Shown here one piece after another: positions 43,794 through 51,797 of a stretch of 51,797 bases of DNA. Source of the stretch: an uncultured Acidobacteriota bacterium (GTDB taxonomy: Bacteria > Acidobacteriota > Thermoanaerobaculia > UBA5066). The position numbers and the translations under genes were made by a program. The stretch is taken from the NCBI GenBank assembly GCA_937888435.1, contig CALAQS010000277.1, positions 1 through 51,797 of the forward strand, given 5' to 3'. Under the pieces are notes generated by a model. The model saw nothing but the letters and a program-made list of their open reading frames with translations, made no database searches and was not told where the DNA came from. How positions within the stretch are numbered: the stretch's first letter is position 1; every line of letters begins with the position of its first letter.

Positions 43794-44720
43794 ATGCGAC
43801 GCAAAGTCACCGTGATCGGGGCTGGAAACGTGGGCGCAACCGTCGCCCAGAGACTCGTCGAAAAAGAGCTCGCGGACGTCGTCCTCGTGGACGTCATCGA
43901 GGGGGTCCCGCAGGGCAAGGGGCTGGACATGATCCAGTCGGGCGCCGTCGAGGGCTTCGACATGAGGATCGTCGGCTCGAACGGCTACGACGAGACCGAG
44001 GGGTCAGACCTCGTGATCGTCACGGCAGGCCTGGCCCGCAAGCCGGGAATGTCGCGGGACGACCTCCTCAGGAAAAACGAGGAGATCGTCGCGGGCTGCA
44101 TTTCGAAGACGACGCGCGGCTCGCGCGACCTCAAGGTCATCGTCGTCACGAATCCCCTCGACGCGATGTGCGAGGTCGTCCGCCGCATCACGAAGCTCCC
44201 GAAGCAGAATGTGATCGGGATGGCGGGCATCCTCGACAGCGCGCGCATGCGCGCGTTCATCGCGATGGAGCTCGGCGTTTCGATGACGAACATCCACGCG
44301 ACCGTCCTCGGCGGTCACGGAGACACGATGGTCCCGCTCCCGCGGTACTCCACGGTCGCGGGCGTGCCGATCACCGAGCTGTTGTCCCCCGAGCGCGTCG
44401 CGGCGATCGTCAAGCGCACCGCGGGCGGCGGCGCCGAGATCGTGAACTTCCTGAAGACGGGCTCGGCCTATTACGCCCCGTCCGCGGCCGCCGTCGAGAT
44501 GGCCGAGGCGATTTTCAACGACCGCAAGAAGATCCTGCCGTGCGCCGCGTACCTCGAGGGCGAGTACGGGATCAACGGCGTCTTCGTGGGCGTGCCGGTC
44601 GTGCTCGGCTCCGGGGGCATCGAGAGGATCATCGAGCTCAAGCTCACCCCGGAAGAGTCCGCCGCTCTCAAGAAGTCCGCTGCCTCCGTCCAGGAGCTCG
44701 TCGGATTGCTGACCGTCTGA
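43794..44720 (+). CDS. mdh: Malate dehydrogenase (LDH-like type)
   Basis: [41 protein letters not shown]; SD AGGAG. Confidence 0.96.
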   Translation: MRRKVTVIGAGNVGATVAQRLVEKELADVVLVDVIEGVPQGKGLDMIQSGAVEGFDMRIVGSNGYDETEGSDLVIVTAGLARKPGMSRDDLLRKNEEIVAGCISKTTRGSRDLKVIVVTNPLDAMCEVVRRITKLPKQNVIGMAGILDSARMRAFIAMELGVSMTNIHATVLGGHGDTMVPLPRYSTVAGVPITELLSPERVAAIVKRTAGGGAEIVNFLKTGSAYYAPSAAAVEMAEAIFNDRKKILPCAAYLEGEYGINGVFVGVPVVLGSGGIERIIELKLTPEESAALKKSAASVQELVGLLTV

Positions 44721-44756
44721 TTCCGCCTTTGAACTGAGGGGAGGAGAATCGCTCGA

Positions 44757-45425
44757 ATGGCCGCGCCCGCAACTCTCCTGAATTCGTCGGTCGGCAAGAA
44801 GATCGTCATGGCGGTCACCGGGGTCGTCCTGTCGCTCTTCGTCCTCGGCCACATGGCCGGAAACCTCCAGGCCTTCCTCCCGAACGGGCCGGCGGCGCTG
44901 GACCACTACGGCGCCTTCCTGCGAGAGCTGCTGCACGGCACGGGCATCTGGTTCGTCCGGGCGGGGCTCCTCCTCGCGGTGGGCCTCCACATCTGGGCCT
45001 ACCTCGGCCTCACGCTGAAGAGCTGGGCCGCCCGCCCGACCGGCTACAGAGTGAACGACTTCGAGGAAGCGACCTTCGCCTCGCGCTCGATGCGCTGGAC
45101 GGGCCCTCTCCTCGGGATCTTCATCGTCTACCACATCTTCCACATGACGACGGGCACGCTGCACCCGCACTTCGTCGAGGGCAGGGTCTACCAGAACCTC
45201 GTCACGGGCCTCGCGCCCGTGCCCGTCGCGCTCTTCTACATCCTCGCGATGGGCTGTCTCGCCTTCCACCTGTGGCACGGAGCGTGGTCGATGCTGCAGA
45301 CCCTCGGCCTCTCGCACCCGAAGTACCTCGTGGCGCGGAAGGCCTTCGCCATCGTCTTCACCGTCCTCGTCACGGGCGGCTTCGTCCTCGTGCCGCTCGC
45401 GGTCCTCGCGGGCATGCTGAAGTAG
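44757..45425 (+). CDS. sdhC: Succinate dehydrogenase cytochrome b subunit
   Basis: [33 protein letters not shown]; five TM helices. Confidence 0.92.
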   Translation: MAAPATLLNSSVGKKIVMAVTGVVLSLFVLGHMAGNLQAFLPNGPAALDHYGAFLRELLHGTGIWFVRAGLLLAVGLHIWAYLGLTLKSWAARPTGYRVNDFEEATFASRSMRWTGPLLGIFIVYHIFHMTTGTLHPHFVEGRVYQNLVTGLAPVPVALFYILAMGCLAFHLWHGAWSMLQTLGLSHPKYLVARKAFAIVFTVLVTGGFVLVPLAVLAGMLK

Positions 45426-45433
45426 GGACCGAC

Positions 45434-47347
45434 ATGGAACTGAAATCGAACATCCCCGACGGCCCCCTCGAGAAGAAGTGGGACAAGTACCGCTTCGACA
45501 TGAAGCTCGTCAACCCGGCGAACAAGCGGAAGTACTCCGTCATCGTCGTCGGCTCCGGCCTCGCCGGCGGCGCAGGCGCGGCCTCTCTCGCCGAGCTCGG
45601 TTACAACGTCTCGTGCTTCTGCTATCAAGACAGCCCGCGGCGCGCGCACTCGATCGCGGCGCAGGGCGGCATCAACGCTTCGAAGAACTACCAGAACGAC
45701 GGCGACAGCATCCAGCGTCTCTTCTACGACACGATCAAGGGCGGCGACTTCCGCGCCCGCGAAGCGAACGTCTACCGGCTCGCGCAGGTCTCCTCGAACA
45801 TCATCGACCAGTGCGTGGCTCAGGGAGTTCCGTTCGGCCGGGAGTACGGAGGGACGCTCGGGAACCGCTCGTTCGGCGGGGCGCAGGTGTCGCGCACGTT
45901 CTACTCGCGCGGCCAGACGGGGCAGCAGCTCCTCCTCGGCGCCTATCAGGCGCTCGAGCGGCAGATCAGCCTTGGCAACGTGAAGATGCACTCGCGCCAC
46001 GAGATGCTCGAGGTCGTCCTCGTCGACGGCCGCGCGCGCGGCATCGTGACCCGCGACATGATCACGGGCGCCATCGAGTCGCACGTGGCCGACGCCGTCA
46101 TTCTCGCGACCGGCGGGTACGCGAACGTCTTCTATCTCTCGACGAACGCGGCGGGGTGCAACACGACCGCGATCTGGCGCGCGTACAAGAAGGGCGCGGC
46201 CTTCGCGAATCCCTGCTACACGCAGATCCATCCGACCTGCATCCCCGTCACGGGCGACCACCAGAGCAAGCTCACGCTCATGTCCGAGTCGCTGCGCAAC
46301 GACGGGCGCATCTGGGTGCCCCTGAAGAAGGGCGACAAGCGCGCCCCGGGCGACGTCCCGGAGGCCGAGCGCGACTACTACCTCGAGCGCAAGTACCCGT
46401 CGTACGGCAACCTCGCGCCGCGCGACATCGCCTCGCGCGCCGCCAAGCAGGTGTGTGACGAGGGGCGCGGCGTGGGCGAGACCGGCCTCGGCGTGTACCT
46501 CGACTTAGCGGACTCCATCAAGCGCCTCGGCGAGGGCACGATCCGCGAACGCTACGGAAACCTTTGCGACATGTACGAGCGCATCACGGACGAGAACCCG
46601 TACAAGGTTCCGATGCGCATCTTCCCGGCCGCGCACTACGTGATGGGCGGCCTCTGGGTGGACTACAACCTCATGTCCACGATTCCGGGCCTCCACGTCG
46701 CGGGCGAGGCGAACTTCTCGGACCACGGGGCGAACCGACTCGGCGCGAGCGCCCTCATGCAGGGTCTCGCGGACGGCTACTTCGTTTTGCCGTACACGAT
46801 CGGCAACTACCTGGCGTCGACGAAGCAGGCAAAGGTCGACACCTCACACGCGGCCTTCAAGGACGCGGAAGCCGCGGTCGCGACCCGCGTGAAGAAGTTG
46901 ATCGCGGTCAAGGGCCATCGCACGGTGGACTCGTTCCACCGCGAGCTCGGCAAGATCATGTGGGAGTACTGCGGCATGGGACGCACCCGAGAGGGTCTCA
47001 AGACGGCTCTCCAGAAGATTCCCGTCCTCCGCGAAGAGTTCTGGAAGAACCTCACGGTCGTCGGTGGGAACGACGAGATCAACCAGACGCTCGAGAAGGC
47101 GGGACGCATCGCGGATTTCCTCGAGCTGGGCGAGCTCATATGCCTTGACGCGCTCGAGCGCGAGGAATCCTGCGGCGGCCACTTCCGCGAGGAGTACCAG
47201 ACGCCGGAGGGCGAGGCCCTGCGCAACGACGAGAAGTTCTGCCACGTCGCGGCCTGGGAGTACGCGGGCGAGGGCAAGACGCCGATCCGGAACGTCGAAC
47301 CGCTCGTGTTCGAGAACGTCCACCTCACCCAGAGGAGCTACAAGTGA
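45434..47347 (+). CDS. sdhA: Succinate dehydrogenase/fumarate reductase flavoprotein subunit
   Basis: [51 protein letters not shown]. Confidence 0.96.
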   Translation: MELKSNIPDGPLEKKWDKYRFDMKLVNPANKRKYSVIVVGSGLAGGAGAASLAELGYNVSCFCYQDSPRRAHSIAAQGGINASKNYQNDGDSIQRLFYDTIKGGDFRAREANVYRLAQVSSNIIDQCVAQGVPFGREYGGTLGNRSFGGAQVSRTFYSRGQTGQQLLLGAYQALERQISLGNVKMHSRHEMLEVVLVDGRARGIVTRDMITGAIESHVADAVILATGGYANVFYLSTNAAGCNTTAIWRAYKKGAAFANPCYTQIHPTCIPVTGDHQSKLTLMSESLRNDGRIWVPLKKGDKRAPGDVPEAERDYYLERKYPSYGNLAPRDIASRAAKQVCDEGRGVGETGLGVYLDLADSIKRLGEGTIRERYGNLCDMYERITDENPYKVPMRIFPAAHYVMGGLWVDYNLMSTIPGLHVAGEANFSDHGANRLGASALMQGLADGYFVLPYTIGNYLASTKQAKVDTSHAAFKDAEAAVATRVKKLIAVKGHRTVDSFHRELGKIMWEYCGMGRTREGLKTALQKIPVLREEFWKNLTVVGGNDEINQTLEKAGRIADFLELGELICLDALEREESCGGHFREEYQTPEGEALRNDEKFCHVAAWEYAGEGKTPIRNVEPLVFENVHLTQRSYK

Positions 47348-48120
47348 GACTGACGCTGACCGTCTGGCGGCAGAAGGACGCGAAGTCCGAGGGGAAGTTC
47401 GTCACGTACGACGCTCCCGACATCAGCCCCGACATGTCCTTCCTCGAGATGCTCGACGTCGTGAACCAGCGCCTCATCGAGAAGGCCGAGGACCCCATCG
47501 CTTTCGACCACGACTGCCGCGAAGGCATCTGCGGGATGTGCGGAATCGTGGTGAACGGCAACCCGCACGGGCCGCGCCGCGGCACCACGAGCTGCCAGCT
47601 CCACATGCGCAGCTTCAAGGACGGCGACGCCATCACGCTCGAGCCCTGGCGCGCGACGCCGTTCCCCGTCCTCAAGGACCTCATCGTGGACCGCTCGTCC
47701 TTCGACCGGATCATCATGGCCGGAGGCTTCATCACGGTGCCGACGGGCAACGCGCCGGACGGCAACGCGATTCTGGTCCCGAAGGACTGCGCGGAGCGCT
47801 CGATGGACGCGGCCGCATGCATCGGCTGCGGCGCCTGCGCGGCGGCATGCCCGAACGGCTCGGCGATGCTCTTCGTGGCGGCCAAGATCTCGCACCTCGC
47901 GCTCCTGCCGCAGGGCCAACCCGAGCGCTACGACCGCGTGCTCTCGATGGTCGCGCAGATGGACGAGGAGGGCTTCGGCACGTGCACGAACCACGGCGAG
48001 TGCTCGCGCGCCTGCCCGAAGGAGATCCGCCAGGAGTTCATCGCGCAGCTCAACCGCGACTTTCTCTGGGGGAGCGTCTTCTCGCGTCCGAAGGTCGCAG
48101 GGGGCTCCGGCGCAGGGTGA
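47344..48120 (+). CDS. sdhB: Succinate dehydrogenase iron-sulfur subunit
   Basis: [32 protein letters not shown]; GTGA overlap with sdhA. Confidence 0.96.
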   Translation: MRLTLTVWRQKDAKSEGKFVTYDAPDISPDMSFLEMLDVVNQRLIEKAEDPIAFDHDCREGICGMCGIVVNGNPHGPRRGTTSCQLHMRSFKDGDAITLEPWRATPFPVLKDLIVDRSSFDRIIMAGGFITVPTGNAPDGNAILVPKDCAERSMDAAACIGCGACAAACPNGSAMLFVAAKISHLALLPQGQPERYDRVLSMVAQMDEEGFGTCTNHGECSRACPKEIRQEFIAQLNRDFLWGSVFSRPKVAGGSGAG

Positions 48121-48148
48121 CGATCTAAACAGAAACCCGTCCGGCGCG

Positions 48149-48163
48149 TCAATTTCTTATTGA
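48149..48163. promoter_or_regulatory. Candidate operator for the toxin-antitoxin pair
   Basis: Inverted repeat TCAAT-N5-ATTGA in an AT-rich patch upstream of the toxin gene. Confidence 0.35.
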
Positions 48164-48203
48164 AATAATAGACGGCCTGTGGCAGGCTCCCTTCGGTGGA
48201 GCG

Positions 48204-48470
48204 ATGGAGTTCCGCTGGAATGACTGGAACATTCAGCACGTCGCCGAACACGGCGTCGATCCTGAGGAGTCCGAAAGCGTCGTTCAGGATGCGGCGCCTC
48301 CCTGGCCGCTCTTCAGGGGTGACGGTAAGTTCCTCGTGTGGGGCCGGGGGAGGGGAGACCGGCCACTTCAGGTCGTCTTCGTCCTCGATCCCGATGACAC
48401 CGCCTACATCATTCACGCGCGGCCTCTGACGGAGAAGGAGAAACGCAGATTCCGGAGGCGGAACCGATGA
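48204..48470 (+). CDS. BrnT-like (RelE-fold) toxin
   Basis: MEFRWNDWNIQHVAEHGV..E and IIHARPLTEKEKRRF motifs; 88 aa. Confidence 0.82.
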   Translation: MEFRWNDWNIQHVAEHGVDPEESESVVQDAAPPWPLFRGDGKFLVWGRGRGDRPLQVVFVLDPDDTAYIIHARPLTEKEKRRFRRRNR

Positions 48471-48787
48471 AGAAGAAGCAGCACCCGGCCGTCGAGTACC
48501 CGGAGAAAACCCTGTCGGAGCTGAGGGCCGCGACGAAGGACCTCGACCGCGATATGGTCGCGGACGAGTTCCATCCGATGGGGCCAGCCGAACGTGTCCG
48601 ATGGGAAAGGGCACGCCGGAAGCCGGGCCGCCCTCGCCGCGGTGCCGGGGCGAAGGTCATCTCGGTCAGCGTGGAGCGCGGCCTCCTCGTTCGCTCTGAT
48701 GCTCTCGCACGGAACCTCGGGATCACGCGGGCGTTGCTCGTCGAGCGCGGCCTCAAGGCGGTGCTTGCGGCCGAGGGGCGGCTGTAG
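48467..48787 (+). CDS. Putative antitoxin with GRP motif and C-terminal ribbon-helix-helix
   Basis: ATGA overlap with the toxin; KPGRPRRG then ISVSVERGLL...TRALLVERGL. Confidence 0.72.
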   Translation: MKKKQHPAVEYPEKTLSELRAATKDLDRDMVADEFHPMGPAERVRWERARRKPGRPRRGAGAKVISVSVERGLLVRSDALARNLGITRALLVERGLKAVLAAEGRL

Positions 48788-48806
48788 GCTCCAGCCTCAC
48801 GAACCG

Positions 48807-49781
48807 ATGAAACCGCGCCGGGCCACGGCCCTTGTCGCGCTTGTCGCCGCGTTCCATTTGCGCGCGGGGGAGCCGAAGAAGGCGACCACGCCTGCGCCAC
48901 CGCCCGCGATCCGCGTCACGCTCCTCGGCACCGGCAACCCGCGGCCGTCGATGACGCGCTTCGGGCCGTCGATCCTCGTCGAGGCCGGAACGAAACGCAT
49001 CCTCGTGGATGCCGGGCGCGGCGCGACGCAGCGCCTCTTCTCGCTCGGCGACGGCATGCTCTCCGGGATCGACCTCGTCCTTCTGACCCATCTCCACTCC
49101 GACCATGTCGTCGGGCTTCCGGACCTCTGGCTCACGGGCTGGATCTTCGGGCGCGAAAAGCCGCTTCTCGTCCGCGGCCCCGAAGGCACCGCGGCGATGA
49201 TGTCTCACCTGAAAGCGGCGTATGCGTTCGACATCGGCATCCGCCGTGACGTGGACGAGCGCTTCCCGGCGGCGGGGATCGAGGTCGACGCCGTCGACCT
49301 TCAGAGCGGCGCGAGCTTCGAGCTCGACGGCGTGAAGGTCACGGCGTTCGCGGTGGATCACGGCGTCGTGAAGCCGGCCTACGGCTACCGGATCGACTAC
49401 GCGGGGAGGTCGGTCGTCTTCTCGGGCGACACGCGCCCGTCGCGAGCGCTCGTCGAAAACGCGCGCGGCGTGGACGTCCTCGTCCACGAGGTCATCGTGC
49501 CGTCCGTCGAGATGATGCGGTCGGCGGTGGCCGACGCTACGAAGATCCGCAGCATCATCGACCACCACACGACGCCGGAGGACGCGGGAAAGATCTTCGC
49601 GGAAGTGAAGCCCCGCCTCGCCGTCTACTCCCACATCGTCCCGTCGCCCGCGGCTGAGAAGGACCTCGTCGGCCCGACCCGCAAGACCTACTCCGGTCCG
49701 CTCGCCGTCGGCTACGACCTCATGTCCATCTCGATCGGCGAGAAGATCACGGTCGAAAAGCGCGCCGTGAGCGTGGAGTGA
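48807..49781 (+). CDS. Exported metallo-beta-lactamase-fold hydrolase (RNase Z/arylsulfatase-like)
   Basis: Signal-like N-terminus; LLGTGNP, THLHSDH, FSGDT, LVHE, HHTT. Confidence 0.88.
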   Translation: MKPRRATALVALVAAFHLRAGEPKKATTPAPPPAIRVTLLGTGNPRPSMTRFGPSILVEAGTKRILVDAGRGATQRLFSLGDGMLSGIDLVLLTHLHSDHVVGLPDLWLTGWIFGREKPLLVRGPEGTAAMMSHLKAAYAFDIGIRRDVDERFPAAGIEVDAVDLQSGASFELDGVKVTAFAVDHGVVKPAYGYRIDYAGRSVVFSGDTRPSRALVENARGVDVLVHEVIVPSVEMMRSAVADATKIRSIIDHHTTPEDAGKIFAEVKPRLAVYSHIVPSPAAEKDLVGPTRKTYSGPLAVGYDLMSISIGEKITVEKRAVSVE

Positions 49782-49784
49782 CGT

Positions 49785-49862
49785 TCCGGCGTCGAGACGG
49801 TCCTCGTCCTCCTCATCCCCTTCGCCGCGGCGCTGATGGCGCGGGGGGCGTGGCTGTACTGA
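49785..49862 (+). pseudogene. Orphan 3' gene fragment, copy 1 (SGVETVLVLLIPFAAALMARGAWLY*), resembling a DUF2214-type C-terminus
   Basis: In-frame hydrophobic tail ending in TGA with no start; similar to a second copy about 210 bp downstream. Confidence 0.5.
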
Positions 49863-49984
49863 GGATCGGCGCGGACGAGCCGTCAGCGACGGGGGAGGGC
49901 GCTGGCCGCCAGGAAGGCCGGCGGAGAGTGGGGGCGCGGCGACGACGCCGCGGCTGCGTCGTCGCCGCCGCGCCCCACTTCTTC

Positions 49985-50070
49985 GTGAGGCTGAACGACG
50001 CAACGGTTGCTCTCGTCTTCGTCATCCGGTTCGCGCCTGCGCTGATGGCGCGGGGACGTGGCTGTTCTAG
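49985..50070 (+). pseudogene. Orphan 3' gene fragment, copy 2, frameshifted (VRLNDATVALVFVIRFAPALMARG/TWLF*)
   Basis: Shares GCGCTGATGGCGCGGGG..CGTGGCTGT with copy 1, with a 1-nt deletion. Confidence 0.5.
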
Positions 50071-50096
50071 GGTCCGAACGGTCGATCTGGGGGGGG

Positions 50097-51623
50097 CTAG
50101 TGCTTCAGTGTAGAGCCGCAACACCGCTTTACCTTGTTCCCACTCCCACAAGGGCATTGCTCGTTCCGGCTTCGCCCTTTCTTGAGCAGCCTTTCACCCC
50201 TTAGCGGATACTCATACTCACGGGCATGAGACGATCGAAGCTTTGACGGATCGTTCCAAATCCGTAGCTCGCGCTGCTCCCGTCGAGCCTCCTCTCTCAT
50301 ATCATCGTCCACCTTCGCTTCGAGAAAACCAAGATCCTCCGATTGAAGATCGTTCGGTTTTCCAAGGGGCCCTGTCGCGATTCCGACGACGCAGGAGGCG
50401 TCAGTGGTCGATTCGACTCTAGCGATCGTAATTGCCGCCCCCAACATCCGACGCCTCACGCGTCGGTAGGCTTCATCGGTCACACTCTGTGGCCTCTTGA
50501 GCGTCAAGAAGACGTAGGTTGGCTTCCCCTCGCCCCCGGGCACGACCCTGTGGAAACGATCCGAGTGATCGCCGGCTTCAAGGGCCCCTAGGAGAGCTCG
50601 TGAGAGCATTCGCCTATGGGTGCGGGGCTCGGCGGCCATGATCCGAAGAGCGCGCTCAACGTCTTCGATATCGCTTCCACCAGCCATGGACGTGCCTTCC
50701 AGCTGGTGGCTCGCAAACTTGTCGATCAGCCTGTCCCACGTGTAACTGATCTCGTCCGCCTTCTTCTGCGCCAGCCTCTCAGGATGGGATTCGAACGCGC
50801 GCCAGCCACCTTCCTCGAGGGCCCAAAGGTCGAATCGCTCAGGAACGCGGAACCCGTGTTCACCGTCCTTGTCGATGCCTCTTAGGTAGCGAGCCAGCAG
50901 GTCTTCTTCACCACAGGCGATGATCCGAACGGGCCCTTCGAAGAGAGCCTGTTTCTTAGAGAGATATCGGGTGAAATCGTCGATCGTGTCGAGCGTGTCC
51001 AGGAGAATGTCGAAGGTGGCGTCATCCACAACGTGAATGAAACCTCTTGAAGGGTCTAGATTTCCCACGGTAAACGGTCGGAACCCTGGAGCGCTCGGCA
51101 AGTGCTCAGTGCCCTTCAGCTTCGAATCAACCATTAGGGATCCAGAGCCGCCGAAGGCTTTCTCTGTTCGCCTGGCTGATCCGCGTGCAACGACAACTCT
51201 GTGAAATGTAGTGCCTTCATTGATGTCAATGGAGAAGGGCACGCGCGTCCTGCATGACGAGTCGGTGAACACGCGGTCCGGGTGCGAGCGAATCCACCGT
51301 TCCGCGCCCCAGACCTGCTCGGCAGACGCGAGCACCGCTTTCTTGAACCATCGACTCCAATCGACCGAAGTGTCACCAGTATCCGGAAACGCGCAGTCCT
51401 TATCCGAGAAGATAACTAGCTGATTTCCGAAGACAACGAGAACGTCGCAGATTTCGCGAGCGGGTGCGTCGTCTCGAAATACGTTGGGCCAACTCCAAAG
51501 GCGAAGGAAGGAGGATTCACAACGGCTCACGAGCTTGCGCTCAGAGCCGGTCAGCCCCGATCCCTTCGTAATCGGTTGGCGGCCCTTGAGCGTTTCGGCC
51601 GCGTCAGCCTTCTCTCCTGTCAC
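50097..51623 (-). CDS. Lower-GC hypothetical protein with N-terminal PD-(D/E)xK/NERD-like motif and C-terminal SEC-C zinc motif
   Basis: EICDVLVVFGNQLVIFSDK; RNEQCPCGSGNKVKRCCG; many A/T-ending codons compared with neighbours. Confidence 0.75.
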   Translation of the reverse strand: MTGEKADAAETLKGRQPITKGSGLTGSERKLVSRCESSFLRLWSWPNVFRDDAPAREICDVLVVFGNQLVIFSDKDCAFPDTGDTSVDWSRWFKKAVLASAEQVWGAERWIRSHPDRVFTDSSCRTRVPFSIDINEGTTFHRVVVARGSARRTEKAFGGSGSLMVDSKLKGTEHLPSAPGFRPFTVGNLDPSRGFIHVVDDATFDILLDTLDTIDDFTRYLSKKQALFEGPVRIIACGEEDLLARYLRGIDKDGEHGFRVPERFDLWALEEGGWRAFESHPERLAQKKADEISYTWDRLIDKFASHQLEGTSMAGGSDIEDVERALRIMAAEPRTHRRMLSRALLGALEAGDHSDRFHRVVPGGEGKPTYVFLTLKRPQSVTDEAYRRVRRRMLGAAITIARVESTTDASCVVGIATGPLGKPNDLQSEDLGFLEAKVDDDMREEARREQRELRIWNDPSKLRSSHAREYEYPLRGERLLKKGRSRNEQCPCGSGNKVKRCCGSTLKH

Positions 51624-51663
51624 TCAGCAATAATGCTTGAGAGAAGTTCAATGCGCACCTTCC

Positions 51664-51797
51664 CTACCTCACCGGCATCGCCGGCCTCTTCGGCCTGACC
51701 GGCGGGTTGTTCTTCAATTCCTTCATGACGATCGCGATCGCTTTCTCGAGCTGCGGGTCGTGGCCGGCGATGACGTCGGCCGGGGTCTGCTCGACCT
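51664..51797 (-). CDS. 3' end of an S41-family (tricorn-like) protease, partial
   Basis: Translates VEQTPADVIAGHDPQLEKAIAIVMKELKNNPPVRPKRPAMPVR*; the DPQLEKAI tail is typical of tricorn proteases. Confidence 0.75.
   Translation of the reverse strand, partial: VEQTPADVIAGHDPQLEKAIAIVMKELKNNPPVRPKRPAMPVR

Noticed and set aside
42593-50072. Diversity-generating retroelement (Avd-like genes plus a repeat pair)
   Set aside because: No reverse transcriptase, and differences between the two repeats are not adenine-specific

Overview
High-GC, densely coded bacterial chromosomal window. The gene content suggests Acidobacteriota, possibly Thermoanaerobaculia (inference only). It contains: tmk-holB; a signalling cluster at about 1.8-15.2 kb; a selenocysteine formate dehydrogenase operon fdnGHI-fdhE with an in-frame TGA and a SECIS hairpin; aguAB; an osmoprotectant ABC transporter; bfr, pepQ, plsC, yciH and arfB; a TCA block (gltA, mdh, sdhCAB); and a variable right end with a BrnT-like toxin-antitoxin pair, decayed duplicated gene ends and a lower-GC nuclease-like SEC-C gene. 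The best candidate for an undescribed system is the signalling cluster. It has a PDZ/multi-TM/GAF PP2C sensor phosphatase, a membrane TPR protein, and a GAF-AAA+ sigma54-type activator with a non-canonical GVATGV loop. A sigma54 promoter with candidate enhancer and IHF sites then precedes a small unannotated membrane peptide, RsbW-, RsbV- and RsbU-like genes, a double aspartyl-protease lipoprotein and pcm. No sigma factor gene is in the cluster, and the activator and the RsbU-like phosphatase carry paralogous GAF modules. This suggests a partner switch whose output is an enhancer-binding protein. A long ICL2-type isocitrate lyase interrupts the cluster. Many genes look leaderless, including divergent pairs with back-to-back -10 boxes. 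No rRNA, tRNA, CRISPR array, integrase or transposase was seen. All family assignments come from motif recognition, not database searches.
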